In this document: one piece after another, positions 29,012 through 37,377 of the stretch | Numbering within the stretch: position 1 is the stretch's first letter | Layout: each line of letters opens with the position of its first letter | Origin: a virus | Lineage: Duplodnaviria; Caudoviricetes | Reading direction: 5' to 3' (one strand) | Virus record (IMG/VR): IMGVR_UViG_3300011439_000016 | Span: 1-60,889 of that record | DNA: 60,889 bases | Position numbers and translations under genes: made by a program | The notes under the pieces: model-generated | What the model was told of the DNA's origin: nothing | What the model saw: the letters and a program-made list of their open reading frames with translations, nothing else | Database searches by the model: none

Positions 29012-29036
29012 TAGCACAGATTGGCCTATGTGTCAA
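29008..29036 (-). promoter_or_regulatory. sigma70-type promoter TTGACA-N17-TAGACT with TAGGCCAATCTGT operator in spacer
   Basis: Direct reading of minus strand. Confidence 0.7.
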
Positions 29037-29049
29037 AACGACCCATTTC

Positions 29050-29295
29050 TTATTTTACATCTTTGTAGAATTGCTCGAACCGTTCCAGCATGTTCTTGAC
29101 CGTGAACTCCATGATCTCATCGTGATTGTCGAAGTAGCGCGTACCATATAGCTCGTGCACAATGCGCCAGCGTTTGTCGGCCGGCGCATCGTCGTTGACG
29201 CTGATCGACCAGCCGCTCGTTGTCAGGCTGTAGGCCTTGTAGCCATCGCCAACGTCTCGCCCCCGAAAACCGTTGTCACCCCGATTACCTTTCAT
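29050..29295 (-). CDS. Hypothetical protein
   Basis: ORF in operon. Confidence 0.65.
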   Translation of the reverse strand: MKGNRGDNGFRGRDVGDGYKAYSLTTSGWSISVNDDAPADKRWRIVHELYGTRYFDNHDEIMEFTVKNMLERFEQFYKDVK

Positions 29296-29632
29296 GATTG
29301 GCTCTCCATTTCACGCTCGCCTTCACCAGCAAATCCTTGACCCGGCGCACGGTAGCCTTGTGGCCGGTCTCGGCATCGTCCCACGACGAATAGCGCCAGC
29401 ACATATCGCTGTCCTCCATGTTGATGCCGAACACCATGGTCTCGAACAACAGCGGCGGACCCCGATCACCAAAGCGGTGATCGAGGCCCAGGAATACGGT
29501 GCTGACCAGGACGTCGGGATCGAAGCGAGTGTGCTGCACGATGCGGTCGCCGGTTTCGAACCATGTCGCCCATTCCATCAAGCCGCACTGCACGATGCGA
29601 TGCTGGTCATCCAGCTTGTAATATTTGATCAT
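29285..29632 (-). CDS. Hypothetical conserved phage protein
   Basis: VSTVFLGLDHRFG..PPLLFETMVFG motif. Confidence 0.75.
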   Translation of the reverse strand: MIKYYKLDDQHRIVQCGLMEWATWFETGDRIVQHTRFDPDVLVSTVFLGLDHRFGDRGPPLLFETMVFGINMEDSDMCWRYSSWDDAETGHKATVRRVKDLLVKASVKWRANHER

Positions 29633-29645
29633 TCTTCCAGGATCA

Positions 29646-29912
29646 TCAGCACACCATCAAATAGTGCAGGCGTTGCGGGTCGGTGTTGCACACGCACGGG
29701 TTCGGCTCGCCGGTCCGAAACGCCGTCTCGGGCGCAATGGTCCAGCCATGATCGAGTCCGGTCGGATGCTCCAGGTTGGTGTTGTATACGATGTCCGCGA
29801 CCGGCATCTCTTTCGGCACGCAGACAGAGCAATGCACCAGCCCGAACCGATAGACGGTCACGCCCATCGCTCTGGCCTCTTCGCATGGCGTGCTGATGAT
29901 GGTGTCGATCAT
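29646..29912 (-). CDS. Hypothetical Cys-rich protein
   Basis: Coupled ORF. Confidence 0.6.
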   Translation of the reverse strand: MIDTIISTPCEEARAMGVTVYRFGLVHCSVCVPKEMPVADIVYNTNLEHPTGLDHGWTIAPETAFRTGEPNPCVCNTDPQRLHYLMVC

Positions 29913-30160
29913 GCGGCATCCTTCATGGCTTCGATCCGGCGGTGATATTTACGTCCCAACGCCTCGATATGCTTGGGCTTCAATTTGAACTTCAGCATCA
30001 TCTCGACGATCAGCGCGACGTGATAGGGCGCACCCTCGGTGGCCCAGCGTCTGCCGGAGCGATCGGACTTGCCGTTGAACAGCCAAGCCGCGCGGGCCTG
30101 CGTCAGTTCGTAGTGCTTCAGCACCGCGCGGTATTCCTTTTTAGTCATCGGGTATAGCAT
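29909..30160 (-). CDS. HTH DNA-binding protein (Cro/XRE-like)
   Basis: LTQARAAWLFNGKSDRSGRRW; RBS GAGGAG. Confidence 0.65.
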   Translation of the reverse strand: MLYPMTKKEYRAVLKHYELTQARAAWLFNGKSDRSGRRWATEGAPYHVALIVEMMLKFKLKPKHIEALGRKYHRRIEAMKDAA

Positions 30161-30273
30161 TTGGTCTCCTCGTTAAAATTAGGCGGCAGGGACCAATCTA
30201 GAACCGTCGTTCCGATTGATCGAGGCGCTAGCACCCCTTCTGGCCCTGCCGTAGCATGCTCCAGACGCGCATC

Positions 30274-30474
30274 TCAGTAGTCGCCGCCGCGCTCCGCGCG
30301 GTCGGCGCACGAATTGCAGATGGCGTAGCTGGGGCGCAGCTTGACCTTGCGCCCGCAGCCTTTGCATTTCTTCACAACGCTCTCGCGCTGGACCTGCTGG
30401 TAGAACGCCACGTTGTCGGGGTCGTCCATGTCGTGCCAGCAGCCAAAGTTATCGTCGTAATAAGATTTTGGCAT
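30274..30474 (-). CDS. Small Zn-ribbon protein
   Basis: CKGC...CNSC. Confidence 0.65.
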   Translation of the reverse strand: MPKSYYDDNFGCWHDMDDPDNVAFYQQVQRESVVKKCKGCGRKVKLRPSYAICNSCADRAERGGDY

Positions 30475-30475
30475 T

Positions 30476-30787
30476 TCAGTCCATCCTGCAAACTTCGAAA
30501 GCGCCGGTCGGTTGCAGGACCAACACCCAAGAACACGGATAGACCAGGACAAGCTCCTCGCGAAGCTGCATCATGGCCAGCGGTTTCATCGACGGGTCGC
30601 CAGGATACTTGAGCGTGAGCCGGTCCTGGTCGAACGTGAAGCCGTCGAACGGACGCCAGCCGCCGCCATGCGGATAGCCAGTGTCCAGTTGCTCGCGAGC
30701 GGGACGCGGGTCGACATGGTCCAGCATGCCGGGGATCATGCCGACATCGTCGGGCCGTCCGCCATTGATGAGGCGACAAACCATCAT
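30476..30787 (-). CDS. Hypothetical protein
   Basis: RBS GAGGAGGA; ORF track. Confidence 0.7.
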   Translation of the reverse strand: MMVCRLINGGRPDDVGMIPGMLDHVDPRPAREQLDTGYPHGGGWRPFDGFTFDQDRLTLKYPGDPSMKPLAMMQLREELVLVYPCSWVLVLQPTGAFEVCRMD

Positions 30788-30789
30788 GG

Positions 30790-30963
30790 CTAGTCCTCCT
30801 CGATGGCTTCATCAGCCCAGTAGTTGGGATCGGTCAGCACGTCGGGCCGGAAGCCCGCCAGTTTCTCGTCGTGGCACTTGTCGCAGGTCCGGCATAGCTC
30901 GATGCCACGGGCATCGAACTGCCACTCGCTCTCCAGGCCGGAACCACAGGAACATAGGCGCAT
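30790..30963 (-). CDS. Small Cys-rich protein (MRLCSCGSG...CDKC...), 57 aa
   Basis: Read manually; RBS AACGGAG; first gene after promoter at 31021. Confidence 0.7.
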   Translation of the reverse strand: MRLCSCGSGLESEWQFDARGIELCRTCDKCHDEKLAGFRPDVLTDPNYWADEAIEED

Positions 30964-30983
30964 GAGTTTTCTCCGTTGCTCAA

Positions 30984-31021
30984 TAGGCCATTATGTACAC
31001 TAGGCCAATGTGGCCTGTCAA
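30984..31021 (-). promoter_or_regulatory. Early promoter (TTGACA) with two TAGGCCA-type direct repeats 17 bp apart
   Basis: Near-identical architecture at 33774-33811. Confidence 0.75.
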
Positions 31022-31185
31022 ATCCGCCGGTACCAGGAATAATCGACGCCGCGGTAGGACCACTGGCCGCCCATTCCTGGCTTGCGGTAGATCACCATGC
31101 ACAGCCACTTCCACTCCATCGAAAGCAGCCGCACCGGGTACCAAGCAAACCAAGGTTTCCATTCGCCATAGGTGTGTTGGTTCAT
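31018..31185 (-). CDS. Small Trp-rich hypothetical protein
   Basis: WKPWFAWYPVR motif; coupled. Confidence 0.6.
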   Translation of the reverse strand: MNQHTYGEWKPWFAWYPVRLLSMEWKWLCMVIYRKPGMGGQWSYRGVDYSWYRRI

Positions 31186-31451
31186 TGCTTCCCCCGTTGC
31201 ATTGCCTGCCACGCCTCGCGCACCCTTTGCACTGCCGGATCGCGGCCCAGCATCGCGATTTCGTCGGAGCTTGGCTTGCGAAGCATGTCGTTGAAACCCA
31301 ACACGCTGAATTCACCACACTCGATGCACAACGTGATGTCACCCGGTTTCATGCGCGGCTCGACGGCAGGCGCTGGATGCTTGACAAGAGCGGCGGCACG
31401 GTCGTGCTCGTGGCCGCAGAACGGGCAAACCGTAAAATTGACACGGCTCAT
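31182..31451 (-). CDS. Hypothetical Zn-binding protein
   Basis: CPFC, CIEC. Confidence 0.65.
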   Translation of the reverse strand: MSRVNFTVCPFCGHEHDRAAALVKHPAPAVEPRMKPGDITLCIECGEFSVLGFNDMLRKPSSDEIAMLGRDPAVQRVREAWQAMQRGKQ

Positions 31452-31627
31452 CGCAAGTCACCGCTGCCGCCATTCAAGTAATTGACATAGGCCGCAGCCT
31501 CCCGCTCCGTGCGGAAATCCTTCATAGCAATCCAGTATTGCTCGGAAGAGGATTCTTCGTAACCTTGCATCTTGTAATGGCCAACGGTCCAGAGCGCCCC
31601 ATCGCGAATTGATTTGTATGTGTGCAT
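31448..31627 (-). CDS. Hypothetical protein
   Basis: EREAAAYVNYLNGG; RBS GAGGTGG. Confidence 0.65.
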   Translation of the reverse strand: MHTYKSIRDGALWTVGHYKMQGYEESSSEQYWIAMKDFRTEREAAAYVNYLNGGSGDLR

Positions 31628-31628
31628 A

Positions 31629-31883
31629 TCAGTCCACCTCGATTGTGATGCGATAAATTGGTTCGTCAGCGTCGACGAATTTGTCGGCTGGCACGTTGGT
31701 GCGAATGTAAACCTGTTCGCCAACGCTGCCCTTGTCCAACGCGGTGCGCCAATAGTCCGGGCCAGCGATTGAAAACAAATCGCCGGGCTTCAGATCGCGC
31801 CCCAGGACTTGCACCGCAGTGATCTTGACCTCGGGCTTCGACAGATAGTGCTCTGTCGTGCCGTCGGGATTATGAATGCTCAT
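31629..31883 (-). CDS. Hypothetical protein
   Basis: RBS GGAGG; coupled. Confidence 0.65.
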   Translation of the reverse strand: MSIHNPDGTTEHYLSKPEVKITAVQVLGRDLKPGDLFSIAGPDYWRTALDKGSVGEQVYIRTNVPADKFVDADEPIYRITIEVD

Positions 31884-32122
31884 CGGTCCTCCACAAAGTT
31901 GAAATAGAATCGCGGATGGTGGGTGAATTCGAGCGAGCCTTTCTTGCGGTCGCTCTTGCGGATTGCGACACAAAACGGTGCCATAAATCCTATGATCTCG
32001 AACGCATCGCGAACCTCATTGTGGTCCCAGCGTTCTTTGGCTTGCGCCAGATCGGCTTGCGGCTGCCCGGTCTCCAGCATGTGCCGGCGAACGGATTCGG
32101 TTTCGTCAAAGTGTTGGCTCAT
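31880..32122 (-). CDS. Hypothetical protein
   Basis: FMAPF...KGSLEFTHHPRFYF. Confidence 0.7.
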   Translation of the reverse strand: MSQHFDETESVRRHMLETGQPQADLAQAKERWDHNEVRDAFEIIGFMAPFCVAIRKSDRKKGSLEFTHHPRFYFNFVEDR

Positions 32123-32309
32123 GTTTGAATGCTCCTTCTTTGTCGTTGTAGTCGAACACCAGATCGTTGACGGACCGGTAAGCCGTCACCTTGGTTTTGA
32201 ATAGCTCGGACAGGTCCAGCTGACCCTCCAGCCACGTTGCGGCCTCCTCCAGGTTGTTCTGAAAGTCATGGTCGACGTCGACCACAAACAGCCATCGCGT
32301 CATTGGCAT
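32106..32309 (-). CDS. Hypothetical protein
   Basis: RBS GAGGAGG. Confidence 0.6.
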   Translation of the reverse strand: MPMTRWLFVVDVDHDFQNNLEEAATWLEGQLDLSELFKTKVTAYRSVNDLVFDYNDKEGAFKHEPTL

Positions 32310-32497
32310 GGCTCGTCCTCCTCGCAAACAACCTCCCACTGGTACTCGGCACGCGCGCAGCGCGGACAATCGTCCAAAGCGACCATCTCGCGCTTCCAGC
32401 ATCGCGCCGCGCGTTCAGCGGTGGCCTCGTTGGCATAGCGCCCCGGCAGCGTGCCGCAGGCGTGGTTGATGCTCCAGTCGATGCGATAGCGGCTCAT
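32300..32497 (-). CDS. Hypothetical protein
   Basis: RBS GGAGG; coupled. Confidence 0.6.
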   Translation of the reverse strand: MSRYRIDWSINHACGTLPGRYANEATAERAARCWKREMVALDDCPRCARAEYQWEVVCEEDEPCQ

Positions 32498-32703
32498 GGC
32501 CTGCCCTCCAGCACGCGACCGGCAGGCATCGGCTCGACCGGCGTCACCTCGAACTTGATCCAGCCGCCCACGCCAAGATTGCGCTCGACGTGATTCTTGG
32601 CGATGGCCTCGGCGTCGGCAGGCGTGCCAGCCTCCACGAATAGAACGTGCGTTGTGTTGTATGCCGTTGGGCATTTGGTCCATTGGACTCTGTATTCGTT
32701 CAT
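32494..32703 (-). CDS. Hypothetical protein
   Basis: Coupled ATGA. Confidence 0.6.
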   Translation of the reverse strand: MNEYRVQWTKCPTAYNTTHVLFVEAGTPADAEAIAKNHVERNLGVGGWIKFEVTPVEPMPAGRVLEGRP

Positions 32704-32891
32704 CGCTTGCAATCCTCGAGCAGCTTGAGCGCATTGCGAAGCATGGCGGCGCGACATTCGTCGTCCCATGCGGTGTCTGGCGCGTCGTTCTCCCGCGCGT
32801 GTTGCGCGTCGGCCTCGGCCCAAATGATCAGGGTTTCGATGTCCCTACACACGGTGGCGAGCATGCCGTTGGTGGTCTCGGCTAGGCGCAT
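32700..32891 (-). CDS. Hypothetical protein
   Basis: RBS AGGAGG. Confidence 0.6.
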   Translation of the reverse strand: MRLAETTNGMLATVCRDIETLIIWAEADAQHARENDAPDTAWDDECRAAMLRNALKLLEDCKR

Positions 32892-33133
32892 TGGGCAGCC
32901 TCCTTTGCCTCGGCCTCTTCCGCTTCGAAGTGCAGCCAGCCGCGATTGAGCAGCAGCGACGGGTCGATGTCGTTCTGCCGTGCGAGATGCAATAGGTCCG
33001 CAATCAGATCGCCGATTGCCTCCTCGATGCCCTCCTCGGAGTCGAGCGGCGAGCCTTGGCACACGTTGCGAAACTCCTGCACGGCGCGGAACGCCCACAC
33101 CGCGCGGTCGTCGTTGGTTGGTTCTTTGAACAT
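32882..33133 (-). CDS. Hypothetical conserved protein (DLIADLLHL motif)
   Basis: ORF track; recurrent phage motif. Confidence 0.7.
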   Translation of the reverse strand: MFKEPTNDDRAVWAFRAVQEFRNVCQGSPLDSEEGIEEAIGDLIADLLHLARQNDIDPSLLLNRGWLHFEAEEAEAKEAAQCA

Positions 33134-33226
33134 GGTTTTAGCCCTTCGTAATCGGCTCCAGGTGGCCGCCCATGCGTTGGGATGCTCGGACCCTAGTCCG
33201 GTTGCCCCAACGCATAAGCTGCCATC

Positions 33227-33514
33227 TCAGACGCTGGCGAAGCGCGGTAGGAAGCAATCCTTGAGACGTGGGGAATCGCCGTCCTCCAGGTGGCGATGGA
33301 TGCCGCCCACGTCATGGGCGAAGTTAGAATCGTCCGCGTCCAGGAACGCGGACAGGCGCAACGGCACGATGCGGCTGTGAACGGTCATGATCTCATGCGC
33401 GATGCCAGCGCGTGCGAAGCGCAGATCGGCATCGGTCAGGTGGCCCAGCCGCTCATACAAACCGCAAGCGCGGTCGGCGATGGCGTGGATGATCCTGATA
33501 TCGGCAGCGGTCAT
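33227..33514 (-). CDS. DUF6874-like protein
   Basis: PLRL..FLDADDSNFAHDVGGIHRHL...CFLPRF. Confidence 0.7.
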   Translation of the reverse strand: MTAADIRIIHAIADRACGLYERLGHLTDADLRFARAGIAHEIMTVHSRIVPLRLSAFLDADDSNFAHDVGGIHRHLEDGDSPRLKDCFLPRFASV

Positions 33515-33753
33515 TGGTCTCTCCCGTTGGTTCCGTTGATTGCAATCCAGGCTTCCAGCGCGGCAATGGCTTGCGCGTATTGGCCACGCTTGAAGGTCTG
33601 GCCGGTGATCTCGCCAGCGGCAGCCAGCATGCGCGTCGGCGTATAGGCGCGGTTTGGCTGCATGCCACAGGCGGCATACATCTTGAGGCCGTGCTTGATG
33701 ACAATGGCGCGGTAGGTATCGACCCCGGCCTTGCCCTCGAAAACGATAGTCAT
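33511..33753 (-). CDS. Hypothetical protein
   Basis: RBS GGGAG; first gene after promoter at 33811. Confidence 0.7.
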   Translation of the reverse strand: MTIVFEGKAGVDTYRAIVIKHGLKMYAACGMQPNRAYTPTRMLAAAGEITGQTFKRGQYAQAIAALEAWIAINGTNGRDQ

Positions 33754-33773
33754 TGGGTTCTCCCGTTTGTTGG

Positions 33774-33811
33774 TAGGCCAATCTGTACGATAGGCCATTA
33801 TGTGCTGTCAA
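33774..33811 (-). promoter_or_regulatory. Early promoter (TTGACA) with two TAGGCCA-type direct repeats 17 bp apart
   Basis: Matches 30984-31021. Confidence 0.75.
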
Positions 33812-34062
33812 GCCCCAGCCTCGCAGGCCTTGCTGCAATAAAAGAATGATTTGCCCGCCTCCGGGCCATCACCCCACGAAAGCACCGCGTTGCCGGTCAA
33901 CGGCACGCCGCACTTGGCGCAACTCAACATTGCGGGGCCATCGATCTCCAGGTGCCGTTCGAATTCAAACCCGCGCACAAGCTGCACAATGCGGGTCGCC
34001 CCATATTCCTGGACCAGCGCCCGCAAGCAGTCGGATTCAAAGTCAGTCAGAGTCTTGTCCAT
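33808..34062 (-). CDS. Hypothetical Zn-binding protein
   Basis: CAKC...YCSKAC; RBS GAGG. Confidence 0.65.
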   Translation of the reverse strand: MDKTLTDFESDCLRALVQEYGATRIVQLVRGFEFERHLEIDGPAMLSCAKCGVPLTGNAVLSWGDGPEAGKSFFYCSKACEAGA

Positions 34063-34183
34063 TGTTGCTTTCCTCATTTCAGTAGAGACACGACATAGAG
34101 CGCGCCGCCGCCATAGACGGCGATTCCAAGCAGCCAAGTCCACAGCGTATTGACCGCGAAAAATTTAGGGTTGTGGTGCTTCC

Positions 34184-34579
34184 TCATAGCCGCACCCGTG
34201 GCGGGCCAGACATGGCGCTAACGTGCTTGCGGGCGTCACGGATGGCCTCGCGCACCATGTCGGAGAAGTAGCCCCCGGCACCCGTGCCAGCGGTGCCGTA
34301 GTGCTCGCGCGCGAAGTCCGCCGGGTCCGCATAGACGCTATTGCCAAGCGATTGCTCGACAATGCGCGCGCCGTCCAGGAAGACGGCCACGCGAAACGTG
34401 CAATTGATCCATTCACCGGATTCAATTTTGCGATGGTCCGCCGCGTCCATCCAGGACAAATCGGCGAATTGTTCCGGCTCCCATTGGAGCTTCACGACGA
34501 ATCGCTTGGTTGCAAACCGTCGAATCGTTGTCCAGTGGCCCTTGCGCTTGCGAAAGGGATTCGGCCGTTCGTGGCTCAT
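34184..34579 (-). CDS. Hypothetical protein (N-terminal RPNPFRKRKG)
   Basis: Coupled ORF. Confidence 0.7.
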   Translation of the reverse strand: MSHERPNPFRKRKGHWTTIRRFATKRFVVKLQWEPEQFADLSWMDAADHRKIESGEWINCTFRVAVFLDGARIVEQSLGNSVYADPADFAREHYGTAGTGAGGYFSDMVREAIRDARKHVSAMSGPPRVRL

Positions 34580-34778
34580 GCGACCACCTCGCCGCGCGTA
34601 TCGATCACGCCCGCAACGATCAGGCCCGGATGCAGGGACACGGCTAGGTGCTCCGCTTCGCCAGCATCGGCAGCGGCATAGGATTCCGCGAAACGCTGGT
34701 AATCGTCCTCATAGACTCCGACCACCAGGAACACGAATTGATTGCCGCCCTTGCGCTTGCGAAAGGGATTCGGCCGTT
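34538..34778. repeat. Exact 32-bp direct repeat (34538-34569, 34747-34778)
   Basis: gcccttgcgcttgcgaaagggattcggccgtt twice. Confidence 0.95.
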
Positions 34779-34800
34779 TGTTGACGGGGTCCAGGCTCAT
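34576..34800 (-). CDS. Hypothetical protein (N-terminal RPNPFRKRKG)
   Basis: RBS GGAGGACTCG. Confidence 0.7.
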   Translation of the reverse strand: MSLDPVNKRPNPFRKRKGGNQFVFLVVGVYEDDYQRFAESYAAADAGEAEHLAVSLHPGLIVAGVIDTRGEVVA

Positions 34801-34886
34801 TGCGAGTCCTCCATTGGGTTGATGAGAAACCAAACAAACCAAGCGAAACAAACGAGATAGAATCCGATTAGAATCCATTCCATTTT

Positions 34887-35105
34887 TTAGCCCTCCTGTT
34901 TTGCGTAGTGGTTTTGCAACGCCATAGCGGCATCGGCCTTGCAGTCGACAACGTCCGCCGGTTCATGCGGAATATTTACGATCCAATATCCGCTTTTGGT
35001 TTCGTAGGCGGACCCGCTCAAAGAGAACGCCCGTTCGCGTGGCCGGTAGACCAGCAAACGCGCTAGGCCATCGGTTAACTTGCTTTCGCGAATCGATACT
35101 TTCAT
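34887..35105 (-). CDS. Hypothetical protein
   Basis: Coupled ORF. Confidence 0.6.
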   Translation of the reverse strand: MKVSIRESKLTDGLARLLVYRPRERAFSLSGSAYETKSGYWIVNIPHEPADVVDCKADAAMALQNHYAKQEG

Positions 35106-35371
35106 GATTCAGGCCTTTCGATTTTGCTGATGCGATAGCATTCTGCCAGCCGGTCCTCGGCTGCGATGTCGGCATCGCGTTGCGCTTCCGTTGGCTCTGG
35201 CGCTTGCAGCCAAGCGCCAGCAATGGCCGCCTCTGGCGAAGCGTAGGCAATGGGCAAGCCCGCGCGATTGGTGACGGTGTGCCATTGTTCGCCAGCGTAG
35301 AATCTGCCGTGCCATGTCGGCTTGCCAGCGTAGGGTTTCGCGGGCGTTGCTTTCACTTTTGGTTCATGCAT
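35102..35371 (-). CDS. Hypothetical protein
   Basis: RBS AAGGATTCG. Confidence 0.65.
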   Translation of the reverse strand: MHEPKVKATPAKPYAGKPTWHGRFYAGEQWHTVTNRAGLPIAYASPEAAIAGAWLQAPEPTEAQRDADIAAEDRLAECYRISKIERPES

Positions 35372-35385
35372 GGGTCGAATCCTTT

Positions 35386-36048
35386 TCAATGTTTGTGATA
35401 GGAAACATTCTTGACGCGCGGGTTCCAGCATGCGCGGCAATCACCGCATGCGTTGTCCTGGCTTGGCGCGGGACAGGTCCGGCCTTGCGCTTTGCTGGCA
35501 TGGTGCACGGTTGACGTTGTGGCCCATGCTTTCGTTGCAGGACCGTCGACCATGGTTGCGCTAACGCGAATAACCAAATTGCGCGGCACTACGCCCCCGG
35601 CGGCTTGATACGCTTTCACGAACGCAAGCTCGCGAGTCGGCAGCCAATGCTTTATTTTGGGCGTTAAGCGCGCCACCTCGCAGATTTTGGCAAGATGGTC
35701 CACCGATTGCAGGTCGCCCGAGTCGTGCCAACGATGGAATCCGACGTCGATTGACTCGCCTAACCGGTTTTTGCCGCGCGCATGCGATACGGTGATAATC
35801 TTGACCATGGCCGCGACCCAATGCGGGGAGTCGAGGTTCGACTCGCGCTTGGCGTGCGCGACCTGGACGCTAGGATAAATATAATTCCCCTTAAGCGCAT
35901 AGCAGCCAAAGCAAACACTGCCGGGAATCTTCGCCAGTTTGCCGCCGGTTAGGCAATGCGTTGCGCTTATGCCGTAGGAGGTTCCTGGCATTTTGCTAGG
36001 GAATCCAATTGTCCCGGCTATCGCGGTTGCTTGTTTCAGAGTGTCCAT
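35386..36048 (-). CDS. GP88-like (radical-SAM-related Cys-motif) phage protein
   Basis: SKMPG...C..G.KL...GSVCFGCYA..G; RWHDSGD; CGDCRACW. Confidence 0.75.
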   Translation of the reverse strand: MDTLKQATAIAGTIGFPSKMPGTSYGISATHCLTGGKLAKIPGSVCFGCYALKGNYIYPSVQVAHAKRESNLDSPHWVAAMVKIITVSHARGKNRLGESIDVGFHRWHDSGDLQSVDHLAKICEVARLTPKIKHWLPTRELAFVKAYQAAGGVVPRNLVIRVSATMVDGPATKAWATTSTVHHASKAQGRTCPAPSQDNACGDCRACWNPRVKNVSYHKH

Positions 36049-36085
36049 TGTCCGAGTCCTTGTTCTAGGCTTGTTCTTTCCATAC

Positions 36086-36113
36086 TCTTATTTTAGAACA
36101 TTGTAAAATAAGA
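36086..36113. promoter_or_regulatory. 10-bp inverted repeat (TCTTATTTTA-N8-TAAAATAAGA) within a probable leftward promoter
   Basis: Perfect arms; TTGCAA on minus at 36115-36120. Confidence 0.55.
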
Positions 36114-36118
36114 ATTGC

Positions 36119-36148
36119 AAAAAACCGGGCGTTAATTAACGCCCGGTT
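36119..36148 (-). terminator. Perfect palindrome hairpin + U-tract
   Basis: aaccgggcgttaattaacgcccggtt followed by tttt on minus. Confidence 0.7.
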
Positions 36149-36157
36149 AATTGCGGC

Positions 36158-36439
36158 TTAGACTTGCGAGCCTGCGAAGACTCCAACGTGAAACGAGTCG
36201 CGCGAGTCTTGCGGGTCCATGACCCATGCGGTTTCGCCGCTTGGCAATCCGCCGCCGACCCATGCCCCGGACCATTTGAATTTACGGGCCAGCGCATGCG
36301 CGGCAATGCGGTGATTATCGCCAGCGTTTAGCGCATCATCCCAATTTAGCGTTAAGCTTCCGGCTTGTGCGGTTGCCTTGACGCGCGACCCGCGAACATT
36401 CGACGGGCCTAGATATTTTGTAACAATTGCTTGCGGCAT
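36158..36439 (-). CDS. Hypothetical conserved phage protein
   Basis: QAIVTKYLGPSNVRGSRVKA; RBS AAGGATTCG. Confidence 0.75.
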   Translation of the reverse strand: MPQAIVTKYLGPSNVRGSRVKATAQAGSLTLNWDDALNAGDNHRIAAHALARKFKWSGAWVGGGLPSGETAWVMDPQDSRDSFHVGVFAGSQV

Positions 36440-36515
36440 GGTTCGAATCCTTGTTTTCCGGTTGCGGCATGATTGCCGGTAATGGCGCGCGGGTTAGGCG
36501 CGCCATTGGCTGCAA

Positions 36516-37064
36516 TCACTCGAGTCCTATTTTGTTGATGCATTCCGGGCCGAAACCCTGCCCGACACTGCTAGGAACGGTTAGCTTGCGGCCACAGCGG
36601 CCACAGTTTGACTCATGCCATACCTCGCAATGGTCCGGCATGGTGCCGCGCATGAGCGCGCGCCAAGCGTACGCAAAGGCCTTAGAGCTTGGCGCGTCCG
36701 GGCCGATATCACCTGGACGCGGCACCTTGCGACCCGGCCAGAATATGCCGCGCGACAATCGGCCTAGATATTTATAATCTTGCGTATTGTCCGGGCCGTT
36801 TAGCAGCGCGACAAAGTATGCCGCGCCATCGGGCGCGGCGGATATGCGATAGGTGAATCGCGTGCCAGTCTTTTCGCTAACAAGGGTTAGCGTTGCCTTC
36901 CCGGCTAGGATGTAGCGGTTAGCGGCAGCGGCATCGATTAGGCGTCCGCTCAAATTGACCGGCTCGCGGACATGGTTCCAATTAACCCCCGGCGCGTCCA
37001 GGTTCGACTCCAGGTCCGGGATGGCCGACTCCAGGTCCGCCAAAAATGCGTTTTCCCGGCTCAT
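36516..37064 (-). CDS. DUF6011-like Zn-binding protein
   Basis: CGRCGRKLTVPSSV..GFGPEC. Confidence 0.8.
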   Translation of the reverse strand: MSRENAFLADLESAIPDLESNLDAPGVNWNHVREPVNLSGRLIDAAAANRYILAGKATLTLVSEKTGTRFTYRISAAPDGAAYFVALLNGPDNTQDYKYLGRLSRGIFWPGRKVPRPGDIGPDAPSSKAFAYAWRALMRGTMPDHCEVWHESNCGRCGRKLTVPSSVGQGFGPECINKIGLE

Positions 37065-37342
37065 TGGCGCACCTGCGAAAGGCGCGGGCAACGGCGGACA
37101 AGGTTTCGATCGGACGAGTCGGTTAGGTGGGTTTCGGGCAGGGTCCGAAAATAGTCCGAATGCCGTCCGGCATGCCGCGCGATAAATGCGGGCGCGTCGG
37201 AGTCTTCCTCGAGGTAGAGAATCCCTAGCTTGCGGTTGATGTAGGAATAACCGCTAAAATCGCCGATTGCCGCGCCGACGTCGGCTAGGTCCGCAAAGCT
37301 AACCGCAAGCCAGCCGTGGCCCGCATCTGTAATCCAACGCAT
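37061..37342 (-). CDS. Hypothetical conserved protein, first early gene
   Basis: DAGHGWLAV...YLEEDSDA; RBS AAGGACTCG. Confidence 0.75.
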   Translation of the reverse strand: MRWITDAGHGWLAVSFADLADVGAAIGDFSGYSYINRKLGILYLEEDSDAPAFIARHAGRHSDYFRTLPETHLTDSSDRNLVRRCPRLSQVRQ

Positions 37343-37377
37343 GTTCGAGTCCTTTCGTTTTTGGGTTTAGTACTTTT

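Noticed and set aside
36405-36775. ggcctagatatt repeated in two early genes, resembling the TAGGCC operator
   Set aside because: Both copies are inside CDS and encode KYLG; no promoter context
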